From: an uncultured Methylomirabilota bacterium
GTDB taxonomy: Bacteria > Methylomirabilota > Methylomirabilia > Methylomirabilales > 2-02-FULL-66-22
NCBI GenBank assembly: GCA_963705305.1
Contig: OY970067.1
Span: 5,184,001-5,248,000, forward strand
Length of the DNA: 64,000 nt
Direction of reading: 5' to 3'
In this document: one piece after another, positions 30,614 to 38,721 of the stretch
Numbering within the stretch: the first letter of the stretch is position 1
Layout of the letters: the number at the start of each line of letters is the position of its first letter
The notes under the pieces: generated by a model
Databases searched by the model: none
The model's input: only the letters and a program-made list of their open reading frames with translations
What the model was told of the DNA's origin: nothing
Position numbers and translations under genes: made by a program

Positions 30614-31204
30614 ATGCGAGAACAAACGATCGTCTATTTTGACAAGCCCGGCAGCGAGAACACCGAGGCAGTGCTCCGCCTTGCCAACAGACGGGCGCGG
30701 GAGCTCGGGATCACGAAGATCCTGGTCGCCTCCACTGTCGGGGAGACGGCGGTGAAAGCGATGGAGGTCTTCACGGGGCTGACGGTAGTCGTCGTGACCC
30801 ACGCCGCGGGGACCCGGGACCCGAACACCCAGGAGTTCACCGAGGCGAACCGGCAGCTCGTCGAGAAAAAAGAGGGCGTCCTGCTCACGGCGACCCATGC
30901 GCTGGGCGGGCTCGTACGGGCGATGAGCCAGGTGACGGGGCCGCTTCCGGGCCAGACCGGGGGGACGGTCGAGGCCGTCGCTCAGACCCTGCGGGTGCTC
31001 GGGCAGGGGATGAAGGTGGTCTGCGAGATCGCGGCGATGGCGGCAGACGCAGGCTTGGTCCGAACGGACGAGGAGGTGATTGCCATCGCCGGGACCGGGG
31101 CCGCCGGTCGGGGGGCGGACACCGCCGTCGTCGTGCAACCTGCCAATGCCTACAGATTCTTTGACACCCGGATCAAGGAGATTCTCTGCAAACCCCGCCT
31201 CTAA
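30614..31204 (+). CDS. Pyruvate-kinase C-terminal-like domain protein (COG1751/MTH1675-like)
   Basis: YFDKPG.ENT, VASTVGETA, GQGMKVVCEIAAMAADAG, GADTA, CKPR. Confidence 0.85.
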   Translation: MREQTIVYFDKPGSENTEAVLRLANRRARELGITKILVASTVGETAVKAMEVFTGLTVVVVTHAAGTRDPNTQEFTEANRQLVEKKEGVLLTATHALGGLVRAMSQVTGPLPGQTGGTVEAVAQTLRVLGQGMKVVCEIAAMAADAGLVRTDEEVIAIAGTGAAGRGADTAVVVQPANAYRFFDTRIKEILCKPRL

Positions 31205-31465
31205 CGGGTCGACGGAAAGTCCGCTTGCCCGAGAGACAAGAACTCTAGCAACGTCGATGGGCCGGGGAACACATCAAGGAGAGGAACACGGATTGCGTGT
31301 CGATCCCAGCCCCCCACACCCTCGGGAAGCTACTCGATGAGTCGCCTTGGACGCCTTGGAGACCAAATGGCCGACCCCGAGGAGAGCGTGTTCAGCGTCT
31401 GGCTGGCGGGGAGGCTTCGTTGGGATTGGTGAGAGCGGACTAATCTGACAAAAGGAGAAGCGAGG

Positions 31466-32326
31466 ATGGATGAAAAAATCGTCAGCTTATACTCGGACTA
31501 CATCCGTGGATCGCTAGCTCGTCGCGAGTTCCTCAAGAAATTGTCCGCGCTCGCTGGTGGCACGGCTGCGGCGAACGCCCTGCTGCCGTTGCTGGAACAG
31601 AGCCATGCGAGCGCCGAAGTAGTCGCCCAGAATGATCCTCGGCTCAGGACGGACGAGGTCCAATATCCTGGCGCAACAGGTGATGTGCGGGCCTATTGGG
31701 CGAGACCGAAAGGCGAGGGCAAACTCCCTGGCGTGATCATCGTCCATGAAAACAGGGGGCTGGTGCCCCATATCGAAGACGTGACCAGGCGGGTGGCGCT
31801 GGAGGGGTTTGTGGTGATGGCTCCGGACGCCTTATCGCCGCTCGGGCGGACGCCGGCAGATCCGGCTACCGCTCCAGCGATGATTCAGACGCTGGATCCG
31901 CAGGCGACCGCACAAAATTACCTCGCGGCGGTCAAGTATCTGATGAGCTCCCCCGCCTGCACTACCCGGGTGGGAGTCGTCGGCTTCTGTTGGGGTGGAG
32001 GAATGGCCAATCAGCTGGCCGTTCACTCCCCGGAGTTGAGCGCCGTGGTCCCCTTCTACGGGATGCCGCCTGCCCCTGAGGAGGTGCCTCAGATCAAGGC
32101 GTCGTTACTTCTGCATTACGCTGGGCTGGATGAACGGATTAATCGGGGGATTCCGGCATACGAGGCCGCTTTAAAAAGGGCGTCCGTGGATTACCGGCTC
32201 TATATGTATGAGGGCGCCAAGCATGGGTTTTTCAACGACTCAAACCCTGAGCGGTACAACCAGGAAGCGGCCCGACTCGCGTGGGAGCGCACCATTTCCT
32301 TCTTGAAGGAGAAACTTCAAGAATAA
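31466..32326 (+). CDS. Dienelactone hydrolase family protein (YghX-like)
   Basis: RREFL twin-arginine-like N-terminus, HENRGL, GFCWGG, HGF.ND. Confidence 0.9.
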   Translation: MDEKIVSLYSDYIRGSLARREFLKKLSALAGGTAAANALLPLLEQSHASAEVVAQNDPRLRTDEVQYPGATGDVRAYWARPKGEGKLPGVIIVHENRGLVPHIEDVTRRVALEGFVVMAPDALSPLGRTPADPATAPAMIQTLDPQATAQNYLAAVKYLMSSPACTTRVGVVGFCWGGGMANQLAVHSPELSAVVPFYGMPPAPEEVPQIKASLLLHYAGLDERINRGIPAYEAALKRASVDYRLYMYEGAKHGFFNDSNPERYNQEAARLAWERTISFLKEKLQE

Positions 32327-32424
32327 CGGTCGGTACGCCATCCACAGGGGTATCGTGGGTTGTCGGAACGAGGGGGAGGTCGGCAAGCGGCTGTGCCGGG
32401 TTCCGAGCTTCCACGTTCAGCGGA

Positions 32425-33684
32425 TCATTTGCCCAAGCAGCACTGCTTGTACTTGCGGCCACTGCCACACGGACACGGGTCATTCCGACCCGTTCGGGGG
32501 CTTGCCTGGGCAGTCTTCGCATGCGCCACCATCAGCTGGCGCTCAAGGGGCTGCCGGTGCGCGAGGGCGGATACCTGTGCCACGAAGGGCTGGCAGTGGG
32601 TGAAGAAGCGCTTATAGCCCGCACACAGGTAGTTCAGGCCCTTCTCATCGTCGGGCATACGAAGGAGGCGATCCTTCGGGCACCCCCCGTGACACATCTG
32701 CCGCACGTCGCAGGCCTGGCAATAGCGGGGTAACGTGTCCACCTTCGCCTGCCCGAATGCTCTCTGCGCGGGACATTCCAGCAGTTCGGCCAGGGGAGTC
32801 TCCCGGATGTTCCCCAGGCGGTGGTCCGGGTTGACGAAGTGATCGCACGAGAAGACGTCGCCGTTGTGTTCGATGACGGGGACATCCCCGCAGGTCTCCC
32901 GAAAGATACACAGCGCCTGCTCTCGCCCAAGGGCAGTTCGCGCCGCCTCCTCGAATATCTGCACCTTGATCCGCCCGATGTCCTGGCGCACCCATTCGTC
33001 GAAGATGGCGCAGAGAAAATTGCCCCAGGCGAGAGCGGGCACGCTGCGGAGGCTGACACCCCCCTCTCCGCCTGGCTGCGGTTCGACCAGAGGCAGGAAC
33101 TGCACGTATTGCGCCTTGATCTCCTTGAAGAACCGGTACACCGAGGTAGGTGACTGGACGTTCTGTGCATGGACCACGCACAGGATATCGCACGGGATGC
33201 GATGCTGCCGCAAGAGCTTATACCCCCGCATCGATCGCTTGTGGGTGGGGTGCTGGCCCTTGGTGACCCGGTAGAGATCGTGCAGATCCTGCGGTCCGTC
33301 CAGGCTGAGGCCTACCCCAAACCCCTCGACAGCCAAGAAGCGGCACCAGGCCTCGTCGAGGAGGGTGCCATTGGTCTGCATAGCGTTGGTGATGCGTCGG
33401 TGAGGAGGCTGATACTTGCGCTGCAGGGCCACAATTTTCCGAAAGTAGTCCAGCCCCAGGATGGTCGGTTCTCCGCCATGCCAGCAAAAGCTGATCACCG
33501 ACCCGGGCGAGGCCGCGATGTGCTGAACGATATACGCCTCCAGGAGGTCGTCGGGCATTCGATACGACTCGGTCTCTGGAAAAAGACGCTCCTTCTCCAG
33601 GTAGTAGCAGTAGTGACAGGCCAGGTTGCAAATCGAGCCAGCCGGTTTCGCAAACACCTGGAATTCGCGCGACGCTCTGACCAT
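32425..33684 (-). CDS. Anaerobic sulfatase maturase (radical SAM/SPASM) with C-terminal SEC-C motif
   Basis: CNLACHYC, WHGGEP, SCDHF, CQAC...CHGGCP, GRNDPCPCGSGRKYKQCC. Confidence 0.9.
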   Translation of the reverse strand: MVRASREFQVFAKPAGSICNLACHYCYYLEKERLFPETESYRMPDDLLEAYIVQHIAASPGSVISFCWHGGEPTILGLDYFRKIVALQRKYQPPHRRITNAMQTNGTLLDEAWCRFLAVEGFGVGLSLDGPQDLHDLYRVTKGQHPTHKRSMRGYKLLRQHRIPCDILCVVHAQNVQSPTSVYRFFKEIKAQYVQFLPLVEPQPGGEGGVSLRSVPALAWGNFLCAIFDEWVRQDIGRIKVQIFEEAARTALGREQALCIFRETCGDVPVIEHNGDVFSCDHFVNPDHRLGNIRETPLAELLECPAQRAFGQAKVDTLPRYCQACDVRQMCHGGCPKDRLLRMPDDEKGLNYLCAGYKRFFTHCQPFVAQVSALAHRQPLERQLMVAHAKTAQASPRTGRNDPCPCGSGRKYKQCCLGK

Positions 33685-33884
33685 TCGTCAATCCACCATT
33701 CTGCTCTGTCTCCACTGATGGGTCCACCGACAATGGTAATTCAAAGCGGCTCCCAACGCCAGCAGGCGCAGCAGTGGATACGTATTGCGATGAGGATAGA
33801 GGAGCGACCAAGTACAATAATAGGGGGGCAGTTTTTTGTTGCGTCCCTCGTGAGCGACCTGTTCGATCTCGCGGTTACCGTTCG

Positions 33885-34055
33885 CTATTTGGTCAACTTC
33901 GCAGCAGCCTTGCGGGCCGTTTCAAAGGCCTTATCGAATTCCTCCAGGGCAAAGTGATGGGTGAGCACGGGCGTGATGTCGATGTTGGCCGAATTGAGGA
34001 TGTCAGCCGCCTCGGTCCAGGTCGAGAACATTGTCCGTCTCGTGATCCCGTATAC
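33885..34055 (-). pseudogene. 3' remnant of a Zn-dependent (Tdh-like) dehydrogenase
   Basis: Own translation: VYGITRRTMFSTW..DITPVLTHHFALEEFDKAFE..*; no 5' part. Confidence 0.65.
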
Positions 34056-34063
34056 CGGGGAAG

Positions 34064-34350
34064 TAGGGGACGTTGCAAGTTACGTCGTCTTGAGCACCCT
34101 GCCCAGGAGGTGGCCCCACTCGCGCGCGAACGCCGCCCCTCGGCGGGTCGCCTGGTAGACCACGGCGGGGTGGATCCCCAAGAGGGGCGCGAGGAAACGC
34201 CCGGGGTGCCCGAGCCGCTCCACCCAGAGGTAGGCGATCCCGGCCCGGGCACGGGAGACGGCCGGGCTACGGCCCCCGCCCCGAAGGGCCGCAGGCGAGA
34301 TCCCCACGTGGGCGCAGAGCGGCTCCGGGGCGTCGGCGGGCACGAGCCGC
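34064..34350 (-). mobile_element. 3' remnant of a RAYT/IS200-like transposase (C-terminal HTH) with its end
   Basis: ALRGGGRSPAVSRARAGIAYLWVERLG..LAPLLGI..VYQA..RG then TAA and CAACGTCCCC; left boundary of the remnant approximate. Confidence 0.6.
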
Positions 34351-34360
34351 CGCACGGCCG

Positions 34361-34905
34361 GGCGACGGTGCTCTTCGATCGGTTCCACCTCACCCGGTAC
34401 GCGACCGACGCCGTAGACACCGTCCGGCGGCAGATGTGGCGGCAGCTGGCCGAGGCGGAGAAACTGGCCTTCAAGCGGACGCGGTTCCTCTGGCTGAAGA
34501 ACCCGGAGAACCTCCGCCGGGACGAACGGACCGGCCTGTCGGGGCTCCTGCGGCTGAATGCTCCCATCGTGCGGGCGTACCTCCTCAAGGAGGACCTCCG
34601 CCGGTTCTGGGACTACCGGTATACCGCCTGGGCCGAGGTCCACCTCCGGCAGTGGTGCTGGCAGGCGAGCCACAGCCGGCTGGCCCCCTTCACGAAGCTG
34701 GCGCAGACCCTCCGGACCCATCGGGATAACATCCTGGCGTGGACCACGCTCCGGGTCACCAACGGGGCCCAGGAGGGCATGGACAACAAGGCGAAGGCGA
34801 TCAGTCATCGGGCGTTCGGCTTCCGGACAACGTGGACGTACATTGCGACCATCTACCACTGCTGTGCGGAGCTCCCGCTTCCCTGACACTTTCGGGAGAG
34901 GGGCC
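34361..34905 (+). mobile_element. 3' remnant of an ISL3-family element
   Basis: FDRFH, LKNPENL, AYLLKE, TNG..EG..NK.K.I..RAFGFR; stop at 34886 followed by a putative right end GGGAGAGGGGCC. Confidence 0.85.
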
Positions 34906-34931
34906 CCTTATTGCTTTCAATAAGAACCCCA

Positions 34932-35402
34932 TCAGCGATCCGAGGTGGGGGCCGGTATCGTTTCCGTCGGGTTCCCTTCTTTGGCTAAGGAAAGCGCCAC
35001 GTCAACATCGGAGCCTAAACCGGATACGGGCCACCACTCGTGGCTCGAATTAACTTCCGTTCCGAGTTTCTGGCCCTTCCCATCATAGAACACTCTCAGG
35101 ACCCACCGATAGTGGCGTGGCGTGCGCAAGTCCACCTCATATTTCGTCACGTATTTAGCAAACGGAGGCGCTTGATTCGCCCGCAAGGGAGGGTCCCACA
35201 GGAAATATTTAGACGTGGCATCCTCCAGGATCCAATACGTCAGAGTGTCGCCGTGTTTCACGGCACTGTCTGCGTCCACATAGCTCGCTCTGGCTGCTCC
35301 GGGAAGTTTCACCCACTGTGCTGCAGATGCGCTCCCCGCGGTAAGGGCGACCAACATCAATGGCCCCAACACCGCGGTCACCAGTCGTTTTGTCCTGTTC
35401 AC
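34932..35402 (-). CDS. Secreted hypothetical protein (surface-adhesin E-like)
   Basis: Signal peptide ..ASAAQW, YVDADS, YD..G, W.PV pattern; GAGGT RBS before GTG. Confidence 0.6.
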   Translation of the reverse strand: MNRTKRLVTAVLGPLMLVALTAGSASAAQWVKLPGAARASYVDADSAVKHGDTLTYWILEDATSKYFLWDPPLRANQAPPFAKYVTKYEVDLRTPRHYRWVLRVFYDGKGQKLGTEVNSSHEWWPVSGLGSDVDVALSLAKEGNPTETIPAPTSDR

Positions 35403-35538
35403 GTTTCGACCTCGCTGGATGTATTTCTGCTTGCCAGATCTGGAGTTCACCTTCTACCTAGATCCTCACGTCGGCAAATCTGGGGATTGAGACGAGCGAG
35501 TTCGCGTCCACTGGTTGCACGAACAATTCGGTCCTGTC

Positions 35539-35928
35539 CTACGTCGGCTTATTGGTCCTCAGCGCTTTAATCTCCTCCATCATGAGACGGATATCCTCGG
35601 GATTCCCCTGGTGCCGCTCTCGACTCTCGATGACCCGCTTCGCTTTCCGGATCAACTCTTGGCGTACTTCCTCGGACGGTGGGCACTTCAACCGCCCATC
35701 GCTCGGGTCATAATTTCGTTTAAACGCGTTGCAGCGGAAACACGCCACGACCAGATTCTCCGACTTCTCCTCGCCGCCTATTGCTTTTGGGATGCGGCGG
35801 TCCGAGGCGAGTTGTCGCCACGTTGAGTACATCGTTCCATCAAAGCCGCAATAGGCGCATTCACAACCTCCCTGCACAAACGCTCCCTACCCTCCAGGAA
35901 ATGACCGGTCCCAGCCAATCTTCGACAT
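35539..35928 (-). pseudogene. HNH endonuclease-like gene with an in-frame TAG
   Basis: GGAGG RBS + ATG 35928, TAG at codon 14; CAYCG, DRRIPKAIGG (His lost), NLVVACFRCN..K. Confidence 0.7.
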
Positions 35929-36096
35929 GGGGTCCTCCAGTCATCCAGCTTCTCATAGTATCTCGGCACGATGGGTCAGATGGATAACCCATGTGCATCA
36001 AGGCAGCGAAATGTATAACCCCCCGATTCCACCAGAACAATGCTCATTATCGGTCATTAAGCGATTCAAGAACTCTTCCACCTCGATACCGATCCT

Positions 36097-36405
36097 CTAC
36101 TCCTTCTTCGGCTCTACAGTACTAACCTCCTTTGGCTTCGCACTCACCCTTCGCTTTTTGACCACCTTAGCAGCGGCCTTTTTGCGATCGGCCCAATATT
36201 TCCGCATGCGCTGACTGATCCGTTTTCTCGCTGCCGCACTCATTTTTCGCGTATTGCGGGATCTGGGTTTGACGGCTGAGGACTTCCTACTGCGAGATCG
36301 TCCCAATACTGCTTGAACTGAAGCAATCTGACGATCCAGGTGTGCCCGCTCTTGTTCGAGTTGCCCAAGTGCTTTGATGAGTATTGTTCTTAATTGAAAA
36401 GCCAC
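36097..36405 (-). CDS. Small Lys/Arg-rich protein, possibly nucleic-acid binding
   Basis: AAGGAGG RBS; N-terminal coiled coil, MSAAARKRISQRMRKYWA motif, basic tail. Confidence 0.8.
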   Translation of the reverse strand: MAFQLRTILIKALGQLEQERAHLDRQIASVQAVLGRSRSRKSSAVKPRSRNTRKMSAAARKRISQRMRKYWADRKKAAAKVVKKRRVSAKPKEVSTVEPKKE

Positions 36406-36450
36406 ACATCCTCCTTGCTAATTGGAAAAAGAAGGTTTATGTGTTTTTTA

Positions 36451-36479
36451 TCTATATTTGCTTCCTAGGCATTTGTCAA
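36451..36479 (-). promoter_or_regulatory. Sigma70-like promoter of the small basic protein gene
   Basis: TTGACA-17 nt-TATAGA on the minus strand. Confidence 0.6.
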
Positions 36480-36746
36480 GTTTACCACGTTGCGCCCGAG
36501 TATTTCGTTCACATTCGCTTAAATTGAAAACCTAGACAACTGCTGGAAGGACGGTGAGAACGATGCTACTGGGATGCGCGATGAAATATGTAAAACGGAT
36601 TCGAGAGAGGACGAAGTAGCAAGTGCGAAGAAAGGGTTAGAAAGCATTTTACCTGAGGAAGATGAAGCGCCGTAGTCTGGGTATTATATGGCTTCCCAAG
36701 AGGGCGAAGATCGGCACTAGATGGAAAGGGGTTCGGTGGCGTGAAG

Positions 36747-36818
36747 GCTTAACGCTCGCGTTCACCAGCCGTGAGCGAGCATTGCGGTCGAGCGGGTTGG
36801 TGCAGCGCGGGGTTGGAC
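36747..36818 (-). other. Integron attC recombination site (72 bp)
   Basis: Minus strand GTCCAAC (RYYYAAC)...CGCGCTGCACC...GGTGAACGCG...GTTAAGC (GTTRRRY); imperfect palindrome with one extra base in the left L box. Confidence 0.8.
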
Positions 36819-36897
36819 AGGCCCAGGAACACAGCACCCCCCGCTCGCGCTCAGGGGCATGTGGACCTGGCCCGGTGTCGCGGACACAAGCAAGCAG

Positions 36898-37165
36898 TCA
36901 CTCACGGTCTCCCGGATTGTTGGCGTAGAGGTCGATGCCGTTCGCGTTCGCGTACGCTTCTGCTTGTGACTGGTCCATCGTGTCCGCCCACTCACCGCAA
37001 CTCCAGAACGTCTTCGCCCATGCCTGTGATCGCGTCCATCACGTACGGACTGCCAAACGTCCACTGTCGGTCGCGCCAGACCTCTGGGTAAAACAACTTC
37101 CCCGGCGAGCTTCGCTGGCGGATCAAGCCGTACTTGTCGCTGAACCAGAACTTGAACTCAACCAC
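36898..37165 (-). CDS. Cassette-borne hypothetical protein (~88 aa); +1 frameshift at ~37009
   Basis: AGGAG RBS + GTG; span is 89 codons + 1 nt; repaired read ..GMGEDV|WSCGEWADTMDQSQAEAYANANGIDLY..; lies between a core site and the attC. Confidence 0.55.
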
Positions 37166-37243
37166 GGCTTGCTCCTGTCGGTGCGCCCGAACGGCCAAGT
37201 AACAGCTATCGTGCAAGCATGCAGACTCCGTGCTGACGGCTCT

Positions 37244-37303
37244 GCCCAACTGCGCATATATGACTTCCGCAGAAGAACCATATCTGGCATTGGGTTCGCA
37301 TAA
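37244..37303 (-). other. attI-like site (core GTTGGGC)
   Basis: Minus strand ..TCATATATGCGCA GTTGGGCAG; 8/9 complementary to CTGTCCAAC at the start of the downstream attC; no attC-type palindrome precedes it. Confidence 0.5.
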
Positions 37304-37869
37304 CACCCAATGAATCGCAGGGGGAGAAGCGAAAGAATCGGTGGAGGGAGCGTATCGAAGGCTGTATACGGTGTCAACCAGAATTGGCCTCAGCCCAGAA
37401 ACACGGGAACACGGATGGCAGAAAATGTTGAGGTGACGAAAGAGAATCGCCTAGGTGAGATATGGCTGTCCAGAGAAGATTGAAACAGGCTGCGATAACC
37501 CTGCTGAAGGTGTCGAGAAAAATATTGGTCTCTCAGGTGGCGGGTTTAATTTCGATATGCAGCATTCTCGGACCAGCAACACGGGTTACCGGCACCTTAA
37601 GATGAGCATGATGAGCGAAATCAGACTTTAAGCAGGTCGGAGAATTTCCAGAAATTCTATTGGCCAAAAGCCGTCGAATCCCCTTGGCCATCCGACCCCG
37701 AGTTGCAGAAGTTTGTTCTTGAATCCTATCGCCAAAAAAATCTCAATTGTACACTTACCAGAACAACTGCTATCGAATTGGCAGTGCTACTAAATCGCCA
37801 CCTGTTGTGCCACCTCCAGCCCCTTCCAGTCCCCTGTGGCTTTTTTGCCACAGTAACCCAAGTACCTAT

Positions 37870-37908
37870 AAAAACTACAACCCACGGAATTCGTGGGTTG
37901 TAGAAAAA
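37870..37908 (-). terminator. Intrinsic terminator-like hairpin downstream of tRNA-Sec
   Basis: 12-bp stem CTACAACCCACG/CGTGGGTTGTAG followed by TTTTT on the minus strand. Confidence 0.65.
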
Positions 37909-37910
37909 GC

Positions 37911-38005
37911 TGGCGGAGGCGTGTGGGAATCGAACCCACCTAGCACGGGTTAGGCGCCACGCTGGTTTTGAAGACCAGGAGGGCCACCAGGCCCAATCCG
38001 CCTCC
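37911..38005 (-). tRNA. selC: tRNA-Sec (anticodon UCA)
   Basis: 95 nt, GGA start, D arm with TGGT loop, CTGGT-CTTCAAA-ACCAG anticodon arm, long variable arm, GTTCGATTC T loop, GCCA end; selB lies 2 kb away. Confidence 0.97.
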
Positions 38006-38092
38006 GGGGGGTGACCATGCTGGTCGACGATGCGACCGCCATTTCCCAGCCAACCGCCGGTACGACATAGGGGTCCGGGACTCTCAACGCTA

Positions 38093-38452
38093 TCAGGACT
38101 TTTGGCTTGGCGGCGGGGCGATACCTTTGGCCTTGTTGATAAAATCCGCAATCAGCTCCGAGTCTTCCTTCTTCATGTGCAAGAACTTGATGCCCATGCC
38201 GGCCGGGAACGAAGTCCGAGACGGAGTGCTGTTCGTCCACACCACGATTCCCTGAACTTCAAAACGATGATCGACTCCCGGCAAAGTGAAGCGCACAACC
38301 ACCGGCCGGTTCAGAGTTAGGGGCTGCTGCGTTCGGATGAAGATTCCGCCGCCACTGATGTTCTTGCTATAGGCCGCCAGAAACTCCTGCGCCGTTCGAT
38401 ACTGAACCTCCAGTTCAGCCTCGACCCGGTCTTCCCGCCGCCGCTCGGCCAT
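38093..38452 (-). CDS. PilZ-domain protein (TIGR02266-like)
   Basis: ERRREDR, NISGGGIFI, VVW, GMGIKF; GAGGAGG RBS. Confidence 0.88.
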   Translation of the reverse strand: MAERRREDRVEAELEVQYRTAQEFLAAYSKNISGGGIFIRTQQPLTLNRPVVVRFTLPGVDHRFEVQGIVVWTNSTPSRTSFPAGMGIKFLHMKKEDSELIADFINKAKGIAPPPSQKS

Positions 38453-38609
38453 GCACACATCCTCCTCGGTTCTGTTGCCCGCTCAAACCCGTGTGACGCT
38501 ACCAAAGCGCGCTCCAGAACACAAGAAAAATAAGAGCGTGTTTCATTGCGTGCAAACGACCGGTCCAGTATGATTTCCAAGAGATTGCCCTTCAACGGAA
38601 AGAACTGGT

Positions 38610-38689
38610 CAACCGCCATGACGCCAAGGCCGCTCCTTTCAATTTCGAACTTCGAAATTCGAATTTTCCCCTGGCGCCTTGGCGGTGAG
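38610..38689. repeat. Palindromic-ended dispersed repeat, copy 2, containing three (N)TTCGAA heptamers
   Basis: Ends match copy 1 (777-927) in inverted orientation; TTTCGAA CTTCGAA ATTCGAA at 38643-38663. Confidence 0.7.
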
Positions 38690-38721
38690 ATATTTCCGGA
38701 AGGGAGTTAGGAGGGGATCGA

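Noticed and set aside
29771..31138. 455-aa ORF as one protein
   Set aside because: Its 5' half is antisense to 30614-31204 and crosses intergenic DNA; only the last about 190 codons look like a kinase.
33774..34886. 370-aa ORF as a full transposase
   Set aside because: Only the part after about 34361 is ISL3-like; the rest is antisense to other remnants.
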